From NCBI GenBank assembly GCA_964016885.1, contig OZ024742.1:129332001-129396000 (forward strand): 64,000 nt of DNA. Direction: 5' to 3'. Below are positions 1-13,050 of the stretch, piece by piece. The notes below the pieces were generated by a model. That model searched no databases. It saw nothing but the letters and a program-made list of their open reading frames with translations, and was not told the origin of the DNA. Source of the DNA: Eledone cirrhosa. Taxonomy: Eukaryota. Each line of letters opens with the position of its first letter. The first letter of the stretch is position 1. The position numbers and the translations under genes were made by a program.

Positions 1-674
1 AATAGGCCCTATGCATAAGTACAGATGAATATTCTTTCTCTAGACCTGTAACTCCCTGCTAAGGGAGTTGTAGTGGCACTGTGTTGACATACAGCATTTC
101 TAGGGCACTTTTAAACCTGGTAGAGCCCATCTCCTCTCCGGGTCTGAATACAGCAGATGTTGTCCAGAGAAGGATAGAGAGTGGATGTGAGAAAATGATA
201 CTAAGGAAGAATTAACCCCAGTACTTAACTGGTACTTTTGTATCACCCTCGAATGGATGAAAGGCAAAATTGACCTCGGTGGGATTTGATCTCAAAAAGT
301 AGAGGGATGAAATGAATACCACAAAATATTCTACCCAATGTTCTAATGACTCCACCTTCAGATGAATATTATTGTTGTTTAATCCCAACTAAGTCATCAT
401 CAAAGAAGTCCTAAGCTCAAACATGTTCCATCCATGATGCCTGCACTTTTTTTTTCTGACACAGATTCCATTATTTAACATGTCCTTAAAAAAAAAAATA
501 ATAAGGTGTGAATTAGGAGCAATTTGGGAGCTATTTCTAGCAGGTTGAGTAACCATATGAAAAGCCTCCCTCATTGGTTGATACAGATGACTGTTGTAAA
601 CAGAGTGAGCACTGTATAATTGATTTTTCACTCTGACACAATGTTAGACATTTGTAAAAGAGGAGTTTTAAACA

Positions 675-1020
675 ATTCTTCTTCTTCGCCCACTTATTCC
701 TGAGAAAGTTGTAGGGGCAAGTCCTCAAACACTCCTTCCAGTGGGTCCTGTCAGAAGCTACTATCTCCAATTGATTCCGTTGGATCCCCAAGCATGACCA
801 GCTGAGCTCATGGATGTTATTTAACTATCTTGCTCGGGGTTTACCCCGGGGTCTCCTGCCGGTGGGTTTTGTCCATAACATATGTCCAATGATTCTTTGA
901 GACATTCTAACCACATGATGTAATATCAGAGTTGTGCTCTCTCAATTCAGAGAAGTAGCAACTATATCTGGAGTGACTCTCTGATCTCTGAGCTATGCAC
1001 TTTATCGAGTAATGTTTGCA
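675..1020 (-). mobile_element. Degenerate RTE-like LINE 3' fragment
   Basis: Minus-strand translation LGIQRNQLEIVASDRTHWKECL resembles an RTE C-terminus; short GAA tail; similar to 55963-56340. Confidence 0.6.
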
Positions 1021-1554
1021 GTAGATTTGGCTATTATTTCTTGTAAATCAAGCAACCACATAGAGGCTCCCTTAATTACAGTTTTTGTTGTTGTTGTTGT
1101 TTAGACCCCAGTCAAAACTGATTGAGCAGATCTGTGGCCAAAGGAATGTGCTTGAAATCACAAAACACATAATTCAACATGTACATTTTAAAAAATGGTT
1201 GAGTGTAATTTTGATGAGATTTAGCTACTGTTTCTAGCAGATCAAGCAGCCACATAGAGGCACCCAGATTGGCTTGATAAAAGTACAGTGTATTATATGA
1301 CTGTTTCATAGCTGGTAGTACTATGTTAGAATCCTTTTATAGAACTTGCAGAAACAACACTAAAAGTAATATACCAAGAGGCAGGAAACTACCTAGAGTG
1401 GAGGGAAACCAGGACTCTTGCACACCGAGATAAACTTCATGCCATGATAGAATACAGCCAGTACATTCTTCAGAATTAAACAGACATAATATAGGGTAGA
1501 GAGGACTCTTCAGTCTGGCCATCTATATAGTGACCTCTCTAGTGCTGATAAGAT

Positions 1555-1860
1555 ATACCCAGTACACTCTGTAAAGTGGAAGTGCTGGTGCCACAATAAA
1601 ATGTACCCAGTACACTCTGTAAAGTGGAAGTGCTGGTGCCACAATAAAATGTACCCAGTATACTCTGTAAATTGGCAATGCTGATGCCACAATGAAATGT
1701 ACCCAGTCAATCCTGTAAGATGGTAATGCTGGTACCATGATAAAATGAACCCAGTATATTCTGTAAAATGGCAATGTTGGCGCCACAATAAAATGTACCC
1801 AGTACATTCTGTAAAGTGGTAGTGCTGGTGCCACAATAAAAGGTATCCAGTACAGACAGT
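1555..1860 (+). repeat. 48-bp minisatellite (about 6.5 copies) derived from a SINE/RTE 3' segment
   Basis: Unit cccagtacactctgtaaagtggaagtgctggtgccacaataaaatgta recurs at 1558, 1606, 1654, 1702, 1750, 1798, 1846 and runs into ggtgttaggaagggcatccag and an (ATG)n tail near 2000. Confidence 0.9.
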
Positions 1861-3139
1861 AAGGTGGCTGGTGTTAGGAAGGGCATCCAGTCATAGAAAC
1901 CATGTCAAATATAGAACGTATGAGGACTCTATGACCTGCCTAGTTCCAGACTTTGACAACCTGTCCAACTCATACTAACATGAAAAGAGGATGTAAAATG
2001 ATGATGATAACAAAGAACTGAAGCCCTCCAAGGGATCCTGAATTCAGTAAGATCACCAATACTTGAATTCCCTCAGAGATTTCCAATTGTATGAAGCAGT
2101 TGAGAAGAGAAAAATGGCTGTTAAATTAAGCAGCTGGTCTACTATGTAATGTCACACAGACATACTCATGGAGCTCTGTTGGTTTTGATGATGATTGTTC
2201 CAGATGTTTGATCAACAGAACCCTGGTCATGAAATTAATATGCAAGCAGCTGTACTTTCCAAGGATACGTGTACACTTAACTTAATTCTCAGGGAGATTC
2301 AGTGTGTCTTGAAATACAGGCAGAGCCTCCAAGAGAAATTTTGCAAGGCGGTACAAGACCCCTTTTGCGCCTGAAGTAGACAAAGATTTTTCTTAAAATG
2401 GATGTTGCATGGTTGCTGTGGGGCCCTTCTTAGCTCTTGGGCCCCAGAACAAAGTACTGGCTGGAGCCCCTTCTCATAGGCCCCGGGTGCAGGTACAGTC
2501 CATTAGACAAGCTTTCAAGCAGTTCCCATCCACCCAATTTCACTCACAAGTTATACCACAACCCAAGGTTATGGTAAAAGATATTTGCCCAAGGTTCCAT
2601 GCAGTTGGGTTGAACCTTGGATCTTATGATTGTGAAATGAACTTCTTCAACATTTGGTCATACAGTTTCAGACACACACACACTCACACATAATCACCCA
2701 TCAATCACACAAACACACATATCTCATTACGATCTTATTCCTCTAAACACCACTCACAGTGAAATAGCTGACTACTGTCTTAATAAACAGCGATTAGTTC
2801 CTAATCACACTTCTACATGATAAATTAGAGAGGGAGAGAGATACATTATTATAGCTGCGTAGGTGGTGTTTGTGTGGATGTATATATGTGGGTGGGTTTA
2901 GTCTGTAAAGTGATTTGTCATCATAAACATAGTTTAAACTACTTGAAGCACACATCACTAGAAAGGTGGTACAACATGGAATCAACCAAAATAACAGTTG
3001 TAGTCTGGAATACAAGAAAACATTTATATGAAAAGCCTTCGACAGAGTCCTCCGTTCCATTATCTGGTGGGCTCTTAGAAAACTAGGTGTTTTTTTAGTC
3101 GGCAGATCATTGTAAAAATTTGCAATATTAGAGTAAAGG

Positions 3140-3340
3140 AAGGTGGTGGATTGACAGAATCGGTAGAGTGTCAGACACCATGCTTTACGGCATAGAGTTA
3201 CGACCCTTTACGTTCTGATTTCAAATTCTGCCGAGGTTAGCTTTGCCTTTCATTCTTATGAGGTCGATAAATAAAGCACCAGTAATGCACTGGGGTCGAT
3301 TTAATCAACTTTCCCCTCCCCTATAGTAGAGACAATATTA
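3140..3340 (+). mobile_element. tRNA-derived SINE, family B
   Basis: Head ggtggtggattgacagaatcggtagag, B-box-like ttcaaattc and body gcctttcat...ggtcgataaataaagcaccag shared with many copies in the window. Confidence 0.8.
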
Positions 3341-4272
3341 GAGTAAGGGTTTTAATTTTTTTATGTGATACATTTACAGTGTTATTTTATCCTTTTTAAG
3401 AGTGGCTTGCTAATATGGTTTCATGTGGCGTAAAGATGTTAAGAGTTTAATAAACAATGAGATGATAAATTACAAAACAATTATATATTAGAGATTTTTA
3501 AAATAATGGATTGGTCACAGCTTGAACCACTTTAATTATAGGTTTTATCATGAGCCAACTATAGAGCCTCACCATGGTCGTCTTATTTGCTAGAGATAGC
3601 AGTCAAATTTTACTTAAATCATACCCTACTATTTTAAATAAAATAGGATACCCAGCACAACTATAGTTTTGAATTACAAGCCTTTGCTGTGAAAAGAATG
3701 AAGTATAAACATTTCCCCCTATTCTTCTACAGAGAAAAATATACAAGATTACTTTTATGCATTTTGGAGATTGTTGTCTCTTCATCAAAAGATAACTACC
3801 CCTATGATTCTGTCAACACCATATATGTCCAGCATAGGCAACGAATAGCCAGAGTCATTAGAATGTTGGATAGAATGCATTGCGGTATTCATTCCAACTC
3901 TCTGCTCTCTGAGTTCAAATTTTAGAGATCAACATTACCTTTCATCTAGTACTGGGGTGGATTCTTCCTCTATATCTCTTTCTCACTTCCTCTCTCTCAC
4001 TTTCTATGCTTCTCTGGACAAAATCTGATGTATTCAGACCTGGAGAGGGACAGGCTCTACCAGGCATAAAATGCCCTAGAAATGCAGTATGCCACTACAG
4101 CATCCTTTCGACTCCATCAGGAGTTACAGGACAATGAATGCATGTCAAGCACACCACCTACTGTCCAAGGTGCTACACACTGGAATTGAGCTGGAAATCA
4201 TGTCCCTATGATGTAAAATCTTTAACCTTACTGTCATGTCTTGCCTTTGTGGCCAATAAACAAAACCATTAA

Positions 4273-4492
4273 CCCTTCAGTGTTCAAACCGACCAAAACC
4301 GGCCAGAATTCTCTACCTCTTTCTTTTGAAACTGGCTGTAACTGGTCGCTCAAACTAATGTTAAGGTATTGTTCTCAAAATAAATACTTTCAAAATCTCT
4401 TAGATTCGATATTATGTGAGATAATTATGTGCCGTAAAGTCTTTACCATGAAAATATAATAGTATATATAAAACAATGTGAATGCTAAAGGG
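4273..4492. mobile_element. piggyBac-type MITE
   Basis: TTAA-CCCTT...AAGGG-TTAA termini, about 220 bp, same family as 18841, 22940, 51141, 57406. Confidence 0.8.
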
Positions 4493-5029
4493 TTAATATA
4501 CTCAAAAAAGAATGGTTGATTGGCGAAATCATTGATTTTGACCACTAGACAAAATACATTATGGCAATTTTTATGGAGCCATGTAGGCTAGTGATAAGGA
4601 TGTTGGACTTAGGATCATAATGTCATAAGTTCAATTCTGGGATTGGGTTCTGTGTTGTGTTCTTGAGCAAGACACTTCATTTCACATTGCTCCAGTATAC
4701 TCAGCTGAAAATGAGTACCAGCAATAGCTGGGAGTTTAAACATTCGATGGACTGGCATCCTGTTTATGGAGGTAGTCTTGTACTCTCAGTCACTTAACAC
4801 CATGGAAACCAGCATAAGCACCAGCCTAATGAACATCTGGGCTCAAGACAGACTTTAGACTTTTTTTCCTTTCCTTTACATTCTGAGTTCAAATCTTTCC
4901 TAGGTCAACTTTGCCTTTCTTTGTTCCTGTGTTAATAAAACAAAGTACCAGTCAAATACTTTCATCGATATAATTGACTTATCCTTCCCCACAAAATTGT
5001 TGGCCTTGTGCATATATTAGAAATCATTA

Positions 5030-5225
5030 TAAGGTGGTGGATTGGCAGTATCGGTAGAGGGTCGGACGCCATGCTTTGACACATAGAGTTACGGCCCTTG
5101 CCATTCTGCATTCAAATCCTGCCGAGGTTAACTTTGCCTTTCATCCGTATGGGGTCGATAAAATAAAGTACCAGTAATGCACTGGGTAATTGCTGGTCTT
5201 GTGCCAAAAGTAGAAACAATTATTA
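5030..5225 (+). mobile_element. tRNA-derived SINE, family B
   Basis: Same head and gcctttcatccgtatggggtcgataaaataaagtaccag body; other copies near 13080-13435, 14385-14530, 16825-17015, 30290-30410, 43980-44170, 46440-46630. Confidence 0.8.
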
Positions 5226-5740
5226 TGCTTGAAAAGCTGAAGTGTATAATATAATGTTCATAACAAACCTTAGATGTGTGTGTCTGCTTGCAATGACTTG
5301 CTGTAGTTGGATCTCCATTGATTCAATGATTACAGTTCCATTTAGTTGACAACTAAATATAAAAAGGAATTATTTGACAAGATCTCAGACCTCATTCACT
5401 TACTGAGTGGGGCGGAACTCATCAAATCAGACCAAGAAAAACAATGTTTCCATTGGTCTTTCCATTGCTGATACGATTTACCAGTCGCAACTCCTGGCAC
5501 AAAGAACAATGTTTCTTGCTCAAGGACATAATGCATCACCCTGTCCAGGAATCGAACTTGCTACCTCATGATTGTTAATCCAACTCTTTAACCACTAAGC
5601 CACAATATTAAACTGAATAGCCCTACAATAAATTTTAACTGTACCACATGACTATTAACTGTACCCCATGAAATCACTTAAAAGGTACAAAACAGCATTA
5701 TGACTGCATCACATTAAACATTTACATCTTTAATTTAATA

Positions 5741-6083
5741 TGGAGGCACATGGCTTAGTGGTTAGAGCATTGACCTTGCAATCGAAAGGTTGTGAGTTCA
5801 ATTCTCGGACAGGGTGATGTGTTGTTTCCTTGAGCAAGACACTTTATTTCACATTGCTCCAGTTTACTCAGCTGTAGAAATGAGATGATAGGGACTGGGG
5901 TCCCTATCATTCCACAGCAAAGTGGTCGTGGAGGTGCCACGGCAAAAAAGCACCCAGCACTCACTGTACATGAGGTTGGTGTTAGGAAGGGCATCCAGCT
6001 GTAGAAATCAAGCCAGAATCAGTTCCCGTCCCACCCTTGCAAGCAGGGAAAAGCGGACGTAAAATGATGATGATGATGATGAT
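5741..6083 (+). mobile_element. tRNA-derived SINE, family A, with RTE-like 3' tail
   Basis: A-box tggcttagtgg, B-box gagttcaattc, body ccttgagcaagacac, tail cccacccttgcaagcagggaaaagcggacgtaaaa(tga)n. Confidence 0.88.
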
Positions 6084-6558
6084 ATATAGAGTAATGTAAA
6101 TGCTAAAGGGTTAAATCGCCTAATTGTGGTTACAGTTCCATTATATTTGTGGCAAGTCTAGTTCCTGTATGAATGGAATGCTGTATGTGCTTGCTGACTA
6201 TTACCTAGCTCACTTTGCATAAGATTTATCACATTGTATTTGGGATTATTGATAAAATTATATTTCTGGTCTTTAAGCCTTAAGTGCAATTTGCGTTGAT
6301 TGAGATGTTCAATGCAATCATCTAGTTCTAACTAGAAAGCAAACTCTGTTGCTTCCCTGTTTACTATATTATATGTAAGCAATTATAAATGTATATATAG
6401 GGAGAGACGCTTCTACAGTAATCTACCACTCAGTAATTTTGTGTAAGATCTGTATGTATATATATATATATATATATATAACGAAGGAGTTGTAAGGAAC
6501 CAGATGGACCATAATGCACCAGAATACTCAATACTTAGGGTAGTAGAGTGGGTAATAG

Positions 6559-6666
6559 GAAAATGTATGACCCCAACGGCAGAGCTCAAGCCGTTTCAAC
6601 GGCTATTTCTGGACAGAAATAGCCGTCGAAATGGCTTGAGCTCTGCCGTTGGGGTCATACATTTTC
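6559..6666. repeat. Near-perfect hairpin (53-bp arms) ending a Penelope-terminus-like element at 6481-6666
   Basis: gaaaatgtatgaccccaacggc...ctatttctg GA cagaaatag...ggggtcatacattttc with 2 mismatches; flanked by (TA)n. Confidence 0.9.
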
Positions 6667-6682
6667 ATATATATATATGTGT

Positions 6683-7017
6683 CATATCATCATTTTACGT
6701 CCGCTTTTCCATGCTTGCAAGGGTGGGATGGGAACTAATTCTGGCTTGATTTCTATAGCTGGATGCCCTTCCTAACACCAACCTCATTTACAGTGAGTGC
6801 TGGGTACTTTTTTTGCCGTGGCACCTCCATGACCATTTTGCAGTGGAATGATATGGACCCCAGTCCCTATCATCTCATTTCTGAAGCTGAGTAAACTGGA
6901 GCAATGTGAAATAAAGAGTCTTGATCAAGGAAACAACACATCACCCAGTCTGAGAATTGAACTCACAACCTTTCGATTGCAAGGCCAGTGCTCTAACCAC
7001 TAAGCCATGTGCCTCCA
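6683..7017 (-). mobile_element. tRNA-derived SINE, family A
   Basis: Reverse complement of 5741-6083. Confidence 0.88.
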
Positions 7018-7026
7018 TAAATATGT

Positions 7027-7721
<695 letters not shown>

Positions 7722-7762
7722 CGAAACACAAGTCAATTGTATGAACTCATAATCCTTTATTT

Positions 7763-7818
7763 ACCGCTACATATATTTCAATGAAAGCCATTGTATGGCT
7801 ATGACCTCATCAGGCAGT
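7763..7818 (-). ncRNA. Degenerate type I hammerhead ribozyme motif
   Basis: Minus strand actgc-CTGATGA-ggtcat agccat aca atggct ttcatt-GAAA-tatatg-TA-gcggt; base of stem II poorly paired. Confidence 0.5.
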
Positions 7819-7901
7819 CAGTAAGTTCTTAGATATGCCAGCTCTGCCTTTTTGGTGTTGATGGTTTTATATGTATATATATGTATATGTATATATATAT
7901 A

Positions 7902-8228
7902 TGGAGGCACATGGCTTAGTGGTTAGAGCATTGGCCTTGCAATCGAAAGGTTGTGAGTTCAATTCTCAGACCGGGTGGTGTGTTGTTTCCTTGAGCAAGA
8001 CACTTTATTTCACATTGCTCCAGTTTACTCAGCTGTAGAAATGAGATGCTAGGGACTGAGGTCCTTATCATTCCACTGCAAAGTGGTCGTGTAGGTGCCA
8101 CGGCAAAAAAAGCACCCAGCACTCACTGTAAATGAGGTTGGTGTTAGGAAGGGCATCCAGCTGTAGAAATCAAGCCAGTATCAGTTCCCGTCCCACCCTT
8201 GCAAGCAGGGAAAAGCGGACGTAAAATG

Positions 8229-8230
<2 letters not shown>
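7902..8230 (+). mobile_element. tRNA-derived SINE, family A
   Basis: Same sequence family as 5741-6083. Confidence 0.88.
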
Positions 8231-8319
<89 letters not shown>

Positions 8320-8320
8320 G

Positions 8321-8353
<33 letters not shown>

Positions 8354-8372
8354 GTATATATGTATATATATA

Positions 8373-11039
8373 GCAGGGGACTTCAATGGTCATGTTGGAC
8401 AGCTCCAGGATGGTTACACTGGGGTACATGGTGGGCACGGTTACGGCTCAAGAAATGAAGAAGAGGTGAAACTTCTTGAATTTTGTGATGCAAGTACACT
8501 GACTATTTGCAACACAAACTTCCAGAAACCTGCCAATCACCTAATAACCTGCAAATCTGGCGAGCACATAAGCCAAATTGACTTCTTACTAGTTAGTGAG
8601 CGGGACAGGCAGATAGTGTCTAATACCAAGGCATACCCTGGGGAAGAATGTACCCCACAGCATAGGTTAGTCGTTAGTGATATCTCAGTAAGCAAGAGAT
8701 GGAATGAGACATACAGGAAGGTGTGGAGAAGAAAGGTCTGGAAGCTAAAAGACCTTTCACTAAAATACAAATTTAGGAGAGCCCTTCAAGATGTATATGA
8801 CGAAAAAGAAGACGATTTAGAGATGTATGACATAGATAATAACTGGAATTTCTTACGTGACAACTTACTGCAGGCTACTCATGAAACTTGTAGCTGGAGC
8901 AGAGCTCCAACCAAACAGAGAGTGACCTGGTGGTGGAACAGCACAGTAGATAAGACCATTAGAGACAAAAGACTAGCATGGAAGGCTTGGAAAAAAGGGT
9001 GGGAGTAGGGAAGAATATACAGCCGCTAAGAGAGAAGCTAGACGTCAGGTGTACTTAGCACGCAGGGAGGCTGAGAGTAGGAGGTTTGCCAATGTTCTGC
9101 GATAGGAAGATCAGAGGCGTGCGGTGTTCCACATTGCAAGGCAGTGTGTCAATGCAAATCAGGATGTTGTTGGAGATAAATGTGTCCAGAATGATGCCGG
9201 TGTACTTAGTGTCACGAATGATCAGAAAAAGGAGGCCTGGAAATGTCATTATGAGAGACTGATGAATGTGGAGAACGAATGGGAGAGAGAGAAATTACCC
9301 TTAGTAGATCCGACAGAGGGACCAGCTATTGAGATTGACGAATATAGGGTCCAAGAGGCGATTAAGGAAATGAAAAATGGTAAGGCTGCTGGACCATCGG
9401 GAATAGTTGCTGAGATGCTGAAGGCATCAGGGGGCGTAGGCACTAAACTGGTTGCACGCATCATCAATCAGGTTATATATGGTGGTGTCATACCCAAAGA
9501 CTGGTGCAGCAGTATTCTCATAAATTGCTACAAAGGTAAAGGGGATGCTCTGGAGAGGAGCAATTATAGGGGTATAAAACTGATGGATCAGGTTATGAAA
9601 GTGGCAGAAAGGATATTAGCACAACTAATTAGGGAAAGGGTCAAACTAGATGAGATGCAGTTTGGTTTTGTGCTTGGGAAGAGTACAACAGATGCCCTCT
9701 TCTTGGTGAGACAATTGCAAGAGAGGTTCTTAGAGAAAAATAAGCACTATACTTAGCCTTTGTTGACCTAGAGAAGGCCTTTGATAGGGTACGCCGATCT
9801 GTCATCTGGTAGTCCCTAAGGAAACTAGGTGTTGAGGAATGGCTTGTGGGGACAGTGCAAACTTTGTACAGAGGTATTGTCAGTAAAGTCAGGGTAGGAA
9901 TGGAGTTTAGTGAGGAATTCCAGATACAAGTAGGAGTACATCAAGGTTCGGTCCTCAGCCCACTCTTGTTCATTATAGTCCTCCAAGCCATAACAGAGGA
10001 GTTTAAGACTGGCTGTCCATGGGAACTTCTCTATGCTGACGATCTGGTTCTTATAGCAGAATCAGTAGAGGAGCTAGAGAATAAATTCTGGCTATGGAAA
10101 TAGCAGTTGGAAGCAAGAGGACTGAGAGTGAACCTAGCTAAGACAAATGTGATGATGAGTAGAAAAGAGGACAAAACTCTGATTCCGTCAGGGAAATGGC
10201 CATGTTCGATATGCAGAAAAGGAACTGGCATAAATTCTATAAAATGCACACAATGCAGATCCTGGGTACACAAGAGATGTAGTGGGATAGCAGGCAAACT
10301 AACAGGTAGGGAGAAATATGTATGCAGTAGATGTACAGGGAAATTAGACAGTAGAAGTCACATTGAGAGACACATTTTTCAAATGCAGGAGAGTGCTATA
10401 GAAGTGGTGGATAGCTTCTGGGACCTAGGAGATCAGATTAGTATGGGAGGGGGGTGTTCCGAGAGCATAGTATCTAGAATAAGGACAGATTGGAAGAAGT
10501 TTAGGGAGCTGTTTCCTCTGCTGACGAAGAAGGGTTTCTGCCTGTGTACAAAAGGCCAGTTATATGATGCCTGTGTGAGGAGCGCGATGCTGCATGGTAG
10601 TGAGACATGGGCAGCAACTGCAGAGGATATGTGACGGCTGGAGAGAAATGAGGCAAGCATGCTCCATTGGATGTGCAGTGTAAATGTGCGTGAACGACCC
10701 AGCATAAATGTGTTGAGAGAGAAACTGTGTTTGAGAGGGATAGAATGTAGTGTACGGGAGAGGAGACTGAGGTGGTATGGACATGTGATGTGTATGGAGG
10801 ATGACCGATGGGTGAAGAAGTGCCAGGAAATGCCAGTTGAAGGAAGACGTGGTAGAGGTGGACCACGAAAAACTTGGGCGGAAGTGGTGAGAACAGACCT
10901 CAGATCGTTGAAGCTCACGGTGGAGATGACGAAGGACCGTGACGAGTGGAGAGATGCTGTGCTGAATAAGACCCATCCCACCCTTGCAAGCAGGGAAGAG
11001 CGGATGTAAAATGATGATGATGATGATGATGATGATGAT
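8373..11039 (+). mobile_element. RTE-clade LINE, 5'-truncated and disrupted (APE C-terminus, RT, PHD finger)
   Basis: [46 protein letters not shown]4HC3 finger, LRWYGHV; stops and frameshifts; (TGA)n tail. Confidence 0.95.
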
Positions 11040-11148
11040 ATATATATATATGAATATATATATATATATATATATAAAATCAAGGTTTAGCAAATAGAGA
11101 AAACGTTTTAAAATAAATAAAAAAAAGTTGACTGTACTTACTATATGT

Positions 11149-11233
11149 AACTTTACCGCGCGGTTTCAAATCCCAAAATAAATGGATAATCCAGGCGGAC
11201 TTTCATTGAGAAGGGGACTCTCGTCAGAAGGTT
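11149..11233 (-). ncRNA. Type I hammerhead ribozyme
   Basis: aacctt-CTGACGA-gagtccc...gggattt-GAAA-ccgcgcgg-TA-aagtt; GUA cleavage triplet; palindromic stem III. Confidence 0.8.
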
Positions 11234-11638
11234 CTTCTCACTCGGAGAATATAAAATTCCCAAGTTTAAATCACAAACTGGCGCCATTCAAAAACTATTC
11301 CCGGATGAGAGTGAATGAGGAAGGAACCAATCTTGTCTAGTGCCGTATGTAAAGACAGAAGGCAAGGGCAGACAGGTCAATGTCCTACCACTAGAAATAG
11401 CAGCAGTTCAAATGACCAAAATGTTATATCAACCTTAGGGGAGATTAATAATAATAAAGTATGTTTTCCTACGTGTAAAAAATACATATAGGGATACAAG
11501 TATTATCCAAGCATATGCCAATGTGGTTCTATGGCAGGTTAATAAATTAACAAGCCAGAAAATATAAAATCAAGGTTTAGCAAATAGAGAAAAAGTTTTA
11601 AAATAAATTTTAAAAAGTTTGCTGTACTTACTATATGT

Positions 11639-11723
11639 ACCTTTACCGCTCGGTTTCAAATCGTAAAATAAATGGATAATCCAGGCGGACTTCCATTGAG
11701 AAGGGGACTCTCGTCAGAAGGTT
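11639..11723 (-). ncRNA. Type I hammerhead ribozyme, second tandem copy
   Basis: acctt-CTGACGA-gagtc...gattt-GAAA-ccgagcgg-TA-aaggt; perfect 5-bp stem I. Confidence 0.78.
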
Positions 11724-11762
11724 CTTCTCGCTCAGAGAATATAAAATTCCCGAGTTCAAATC

Positions 11763-11813
<51 letters not shown>

Positions 11814-11816
<3 letters not shown>

Positions 11817-12038
11817 AGGCACATGGCTTAGTGGTTAGAGCATTGGGCTTGCAATGGGGTCCCTATCATTCCACTGCAAAGTGGTCGTGGAGGTGCCACG
11901 GCAAAAAAAGCACCCAGCACTCACTGTAAATGAGGTTGGTGTTAGGAAGAGCATCCAGCTGTAGAAATCAAGCTAGAATCAGTTCCCGTCCCACCCTTAC
12001 AAGCAGGGAAAAGCGGACGTAAAATGATGATGATGATA
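11814..12038 (+). mobile_element. SINE family A, internally deleted
   Basis: Head and tail of family A joined, central body missing. Confidence 0.8.
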
Positions 12039-12109
12039 TAGGGAGAGATGCTTCTACAGTAATCTACCCCTCAATAATTTTGTGTAAGATCTGTATGTAT
12101 ATATATATA

Positions 12110-12590
12110 TCATCATCATCATCATCACCATTTTACGTCCGTTCTTCCACGCTAGCATGGGTTAGATGGGTTGTCCTGTTGTGGGCAGTGTCCAGTCGGC
12201 TGACCATGCTTTGCTCATACAGGAACTGATTCTGGCTTGATTTCTACAGCTGGATGCCCTTCCTAACACCAACCTTATTTACAGTGAGTGCTGGGTGCTT
12301 TTTTTCCATGACACCTACACGTCTACTTTACAGTGTGGGCTGGGTGCTTTTTTGCCGTGGCACCTCCACGACCACTTTGCAGTGGGAGGGTGTGGGAGCA
12401 TATTGTCTATATGCTTCAGCTTCAGCTTGTAACTGTGGAGGGGCCGAGTCTTCTGTATTACTGCGTGACACCAGAGGTCACAGTCGTGTGTCATCACCTT
12501 TGGTCGGCTCCTATCACCCCATCCCAGGTCCTCCCGGTTTTCCCCACCCTGCGACCTCCATCGACCTCTAGCGCTCCGCACCAGTTGATT
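12110..12590 (-). mobile_element. RTE 3' end and 3' UTR fragment
   Basis: Minus strand encodes GRP.KTW/AVIQKTR-like terminus, then UTR and (GAT)n tail; similar to 41055-41560. Confidence 0.7.
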
Positions 12591-12739
12591 TGATAAATGG
12601 AACAGCCTGAAATGAACTTACAACTAGATGAGCATTCCCCAGACAAGTGTACCCTTAACATAGTTCTCAGGGAGATTCAGCATGATACAATGTAACAAGG
12701 CTAATCCTTCGAATTACAGGTAAAATTCATATATATACA

Positions 12740-13050
12740 TTGTACCACCAGCATTTGCGGTTCTGGTTATTCGTGGAATTTTCCTCAGAACCTAACTAAT
12801 AATTGTTTGTGGAAACCACCGCATATTCGTGGAATTGTAAATATCTTATGGCATTTTTTTACGGCTTTTTTCGTGGCAAAATATATTTTTTCACATTTTT
12901 TAACACTAAATTATTAATAACAATACACCGTATCAGCCTATATTTTACGTTATGTTTTGATGTTTATAGGCATTTTTATGGACCACATCCAATATTCGCG
13001 GTTTTTCTCTCTTCGCAGGTGCTCTAGGAATGTAACCCCCGCGTAGTTGG
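12740..13050. mobile_element. Tigger/pogo-like non-autonomous DNA transposon remnant
   Basis: Repeated tattcgcgg/tattcgtgg motifs and ggaatgtaacccccgcg end typical of Tigger-like MITEs; recognised by eye. Confidence 0.45.

Larger units (their letters stand above)
11074..11768 (-). mobile_element. Tandem 490-bp non-coding repeat (1.4 units) with two hammerheads; non-LTR retrozyme-like
   Basis: caaggtttagcaaatagaga at 11081 and 11571; flanked by (TA)n on both sides; no real ORF. Confidence 0.8.

Noticed and set aside
1555-1860. CRISPR-like regular array and 16-aa repeat ORFs
   Set aside because: Units are contiguous with no unique spacers, there are no cas genes, the context is eukaryotic, and the ORFs are by-products of a 48-bp period
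11255-11290. tRNA 3'-end or primer-binding-site-like motif (gttcaaat...tggcgcca) in the 490-bp unit
   Set aside because: The T-stem cannot form and the match is too short to support a PBS or Pol III promoter
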